A stretch of DNA of 63,035 bases, the filler included, from Reclinomonas americana ATCC 50394 (Eukaryota): NCBI GenBank assembly GCA_048213135.1. It is 16 parts of 16 records of this genome, joined end to end, with 100 filler letters (N's around TTAATTAATTAA, not from the genome) between each part and the next. Parts side by side here need not be neighbours in the genome. Positions count along the whole stretch, not along the records: positions 57,375 to 60,424 come from AFZH01019206.1; positions 60,525 to 63,035 come from AFZH01019207.1; 14 more parts are not named here. One strand, written 5' to 3'. Under the pieces are notes generated by a model that made no database searches, was not told where the DNA came from, and saw only the letters and a program-made list of their open reading frames with translations. Of the stretch, positions 58,469-63,035 are shown one piece after another. The position numbers and the translations under genes are program-made. Positions within the stretch are counted from its first letter, which is position 1. Each line of letters starts with the position of its first letter.

Positions 58469-59248
58469 CGTGTCCACAGAGGCGTTTCCACACATGGGGC
58501 AGCGAATGGGCGTGGATGGCATGCGAGAGGTTGATTCCCTACTCCTTTTTCTTTTTCTTCATTTGGCGATCAACTGCTGCTGACCGTTCTGTGCAGATCC
58601 GTGGTGTCATATCGGAACTGGCGCGATCGTTGCGCATTCTGGGCGTGTGCATTCTGTCTGGCTGCTGCTTGTTGTCGCTGCCGGGACTGGTGCGCTTCAT
58701 ATTCAAGCGACTATGGAGGTGCAGCAGACCACATTTCGTGCTTCTGATGTTTTCGTCGCTCACGGTGGTGTGGCAGAGCGGTGTTTGGTCGACGCACGTC
58801 ACACACTGCCACGGTGGTGGAGGAGACACCGGTGCGAGCGGCGGCGCCTGCTTCCTCGACGACAACCACCACAACTGCTGTTTCGCCGGCGACGGCAGCC
58901 GCACCCTTGTACACGGAGCATCGATTGTCACCGCCGGCCATTGTGTCGATTCTCTGCAACGGGGAGGGCTCGCCGGCACCGTCGCCCACCAATCGGCGGC
59001 GCACGGTGACGTGGAAGCCGGAGCCGATCGAGATCATGGACGATCCTCCGATGGTTACAGACAGCACGCAGCGGCAAGTCGAAAAGAGAGATGACGATGA
59101 CGAGGAGGAGGAGGAGGAGGAGGACGTGGTAGTTTCCGCAGAAATGGAGGAGGAGGGGGAGGGGGAGGGGGAAAGGGAGGGTGCGAGTCGTGCGCATCTC
59201 GACAGTGACGACGACGAGATGGTGGAGGGGGAGAGCGAGCTGAAGTGA
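58163..59248 (+). CDS. 3' exons of a hypothetical membrane protein with acidic C-terminus
   Basis: GT-AG-bounded exons give ...LRILGVCILSGCCLLSLPGLVRFIFKRLW|RAVFGRR...RRTVTWKPEP...DDDEEEEEEED...ELK*. Confidence 0.5.
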
Positions 59249-59789
59249 CTGGCCGGTGGCCATGTACATAATGATTGAATGGAATTGTATAGCGTGTTGT
59301 TGTTGTTGTTATCCAACGTGTGACACTTTACCAGCGGCGACAGCCGTCATCATCCATCACATCCTCCATCAGCAGCAACAGCGTTTCCTCCTGCTCGCCG
59401 CCGCCGCCAGATAGTCACAATTGGTCTCCCACTACATCGTCGAAAAACGGCGCGGACGGCTGCGGCGCGGCGTCCCACGGCTGCGCTGAACAATTACTCT
59501 GCGCTCCACACTGCGCGGCCCCGACATGCATCGGGAAGTGCACTGTGCACAAGTCGTCATCGTCATCGTCACGCCAGCCAGTGTCGAGATCCGGCAGCGA
59601 GTCCTCCACCACCGACCACGCCGTCCAGTCGGGAACACACGGTAGTGGCAGTGACGGCGGCAGTGGCACTGGCGGGGACTGCGGGTCGGCGCCGAGCAGC
59701 TCGGCCAAATCGGGGCGCGGGCGCACGTCCACCAACGTGCCCGCATCATCAAGAAGGGCCACCTCCACGGGGATGGCCGAAATCGCGAC

Positions 59790-60240
59790 CTAAGGGCCCC
59801 TACCCAGGAACTTGGCGAGCGACGTGGCCGAGCGCGCCGTGCCCCGGCGCATCTCCAATGTCACCCCGACACTGCCCGCCGTCGCCCCTCGCACGGCCAC
59901 CTCCACGCGCCCACTGGCCGTGTTCTTGCTCTGCGTCGGCGCTCCCGCCGCCCAGCATATGCGCGTCCACGCGCCATTCTCCCGCGTGAATGCAATGTAC
60001 GAGCGGCGAGTCACCGAGCGAAACAGCGGGTGCGGGAGCGGACAGAACGACTCCACCGCGGACGTCGTCGTCTTGGCGGAGCTGTCCACCACGCCCAAGT
60101 CGACGCAGTGGTAGCCGCTGTCGGGGAGAACGCCATAGGGCATGGATACCACGCGACTGGCGCAGGCCGCGCGCGTGTTCCACTTGTCGTCGAGTCCCGC
60201 CCGGAAGGCGAGTAGAGGGGAGGGGTCCAGGGAGCACACT
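59790..60240 (-). CDS. Terminal exon of an unidentified gene, with in-frame coding-like sequence continuing past the stop
   Basis: Pyrimidine-rich tract and CAG acceptor at ~60241 precede ORF 59790..60239. Confidence 0.4.
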
Positions 60241-60987
60241 GTTTTGGGGAGAAAGGGAGAGGGTGAGTGAAGGGAGAAGGAGTAAGGGAAGGAGGGAAGG
60301 GAGAGAAGAGAAGGAGAGAGAATTGGAGAAAGAGATTGAAGGAGGGAGGGATGGAGGGAGAGCGAAGGGTGCGGAGAAAGGGGGTGAGTGAAGGGAGAAG
60401 GGAGAGGGAGTAAGGGAAGAAGGGNNNNNNNNNNNNNNNNNNNNNNNNNNNNNNNNNNNNNNNNNNNNTTAATTAATTAANNNNNNNNNNNNNNNNNNNN
60501 NNNNNNNNNNNNNNNNNNNNNNNNGGAAAAAGAGAGAACGTGTGCGCATAGGCGACTCGTGCACGAGTGCATGTGAGGTGCGCAGAGTTGACTGTGAGCC
60601 TGCAGAGGCCAAATATAGCCCAAATTCCTCACATCCCTCTGCAACAATGTGCGCTTTGTCGACGTAACTTGCAATCAACAAGGCAAGAGATTGTATGTGT
60701 TGTTTTGTCAAGCACAGAACGCACGCTCTCGCGAATAAGTTGCACAAATGAGTTGCGAATTGGCCGCGATTTCGACGATGACGTCACGCAATCAGTTTTC
60801 ATTTCGCGTGTTGCAGAGAGGTTTGTGGCGATTCTCCCCACGTGACACACACAGAGAAAGTGTGAGAGAATCGTCGTGCATGCAATGCTGTTCAATGTGC
60901 ACACAGCAAGAGAGCAGAAAGAGTGTGTGTGTGTGCGCGCAATGACGTCTCACACTCTTTGTTGTCTGCCTCTGTGTGCAGAGCACA

Positions 60988-61411
60988 ATGGGCCGTGACT
61001 TTTACAAGTTGTTGGGCGTGGACAGGTCGGCGACTGCCGAGCAGATTACGAAAGGTGCGCGCACACTTTTTGGTGCTTAATGGCATCTCTCTCTGGATGG
61101 ACCGGCGTGGATTGCATGCTGACTTCAACTGTTGCGTTTGTTTGTTTGTTTATGCGTGCAGCGTATCGCAAGTTGGCGCTCCGGTGGCACCCCGATCGGT
61201 GAGCTGACGACCCCCGCAGCAAGGTCGGCCTGCCTATTTTTTGCACCTGACTGACCCCCTTTTCCTCGTGTCTGCAGGAACCCCGAGAACAAGGAGGAAG
61301 GTGATGCATGGAAGAGGGATGGGAGAACAGAGGGAAAGGGGAGGGAAAGGGGAGGGAAGTCTGTTGTCAAATCGAACAAACGAGAGAGCAGAGACTGAGA
61401 GAGAGCGAGAT

Positions 61412-61457
<46 letters not shown>

Positions 61458-62225
61458 CAGCATGTCGAGCGCTTGTGTTATAAGGCGGCTGTACATTGTG
61501 TGAGTATGTGAGGATGTATGCAGACGTCAGAGACAGATCGAGAGTGCAACTTCAGGCGCTTCGTTTCGTCTGTCTGACGTATTCTGTACTCTCTCTCTCA
61601 CACACACACAGGCACACACTGAGAGAGAGAGAGAGTGAGGTTATGGCCCCGGGTGAAGGCGTGCAGTCGTTCAGATCGAGAGTGCAGGCGGAGACGCTTC
61701 TTTGTCACTTCTGATGTGAGAGAAGGATCGATCGTCGAGCAGGATTGAGAGACATACGAGGCACGCAGTCATTGCAGGTGCCGATCTTTTCTCACACGCT
61801 GCAGACAGCCAACGCTTTTCTGTCACTTTGATGCAAGAGAGCAGAGGAACGCAAGTCGCCCTTTGTGTGTCATATTCTCACTCTCTCCTCGTCACACACA
61901 CACACAGCGGAACGCAAATTCAAAGAGATTGCCGAGGCATACGAGGTGCTAAGTGACGCCGAGAAGCGCAAGGTCTTTGATCAGTACGGCGAGGATGGAC
62001 TGAAGGGAGGCGGCATGCCGGGCGGCGGTGGCGGCGGCATGGGTGGATTCTCGTTCGGACACATGGATGCCAATGATTTGTTTGCGCAAATGTTTGGCCA
62101 GGGCAGTCCGTTTGGTGCTTTCGGCGGCATGGGTGGTGGTGATGAGTGGGGTGGCGGCTTCCCTGGCATGGGCGGCTTCTCCATGGGCGGCGGATCGCGG
62201 GGTGCACAGAGGCAGAGTCGGCAGG
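60988..62225 (+). CDS. Class B J-domain co-chaperone (DnaJB/Sis1-like), 3'-partial
   Basis: [15 protein letters not shown]..|[53 protein letters not shown] followed by G/F region. Confidence 0.93.
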
Positions 62226-63035
62226 TGCGTGAGTTGGGGGGTATTGAGAAAGAGGGGGGAGAGAGAGAAGAGAGGGAGAGGGAGAGAGAAAAGAGTCGAC
62301 GAACTCGCGCTTTCTGTCTCACATTCGCACACACAATGAGAGACAGAGAGACTGAGACAAAGACACTCTTGAGTCGCAAGCACGTATTAGGGGGAATGAG
62401 TCGCTCACGTACAGACACGAACAGAAAGAGAGAGAGAGTCAATTCCACACATTTGCAGTGTCACACATTCACACACACGCACGCAGACACGTTCGACATC
62501 AGGGAAATGAGTTGCTCACATGTTCCCGACGCACCCGCGCAGAGAGAGTCAGCTTCTAATGCTTTCTGTTTCGTTTGCCGTCACGTGCTCACACATACAC
62601 ACACGCACAGAGAGAGAGAGAGAGAGTGAGTGAGATAGTATATGCAGAGACACACGCACTCTCGAGTCGGCAAGTCGCATGTTCCCATTCGCACTCACAG
62701 AAGAGAGTTCCACGTACTTCCTGCTTTTGTTTCACATTCGCCGTCACGCGCGCACACAGAACGAGAGAGAGTGTATGTGGGTGAGATAGACACACACCGA
62801 GTCGACAGGAGAAATGGCATTCATATGTTCACACGCACAGAGTAAGAGAGAGGAAGACAACTTCCGCATACTTCCTGTTTCGCATTTGCCGTCACATGCA
62901 TACACACGTACAGAGAGCGAGAGACAGAAAGATGCGTCATCAGAGGGAACACATGTTTGCACGTACACACACCCTGAGTGACAATGGTCCTCTTCTCCCT
63001 CTTTCTCACCCCCTTCCCCCTCCTCCTCTGCCCTT

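Noticed and set aside
57746..58583. HT-repeat and CV-repeat ORFs
   Set aside because: Translations of (CA)n/(TG)n microsatellites in introns.
60241..60424. Purine-rich GGA/GA tract as a G-quadruplex or regulatory element
   Set aside because: Best explained as a low-complexity intronic pyrimidine tract of the minus-strand gene next to a gap.

Overview
This is a gene-dense, GC-rich, intron-rich nuclear scaffold from a flagellated protist. It contains 15 artificial 100-nt gap linkers (N44-TTAATTAATTAA-N44). Several genes continue across linkers (XPO1, TGT, RecG, CDK), so the linkers are ordered scaffold gaps of unknown true size. By splicing short (~50-100 nt) GT-AG and GC-AG introns by hand I reconstructed about 33 complete or partial genes, which the ORF track fragments. 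Main points: (1) an intron-containing nuclear GspF/PilC (type II secretion inner-membrane platform) gene, a hallmark of the rare mitochondrial T2SS-derived system, in the same window as an alphaproteobacterial-type RecG. (2) A systematic two-class 5' splice-site pattern: G|GTGCG-type donors versus +1-shifted [ACT]|GTTGCG-type donors. (3) An Rdx/SelW-type selenoprotein whose UGA is split by an intron, with an extended SECIS candidate. (4) A chlamydial-type TGT, a DGQHR (ParB/DndB-like) protein, a possible DarT-like ART-fold protein and an intronless TEP1-type TROVE-vWA gene. (5) Tandem exon-intron duplications and extreme intergenic compaction. All family calls come from motif recognition by eye; no database searches were run.
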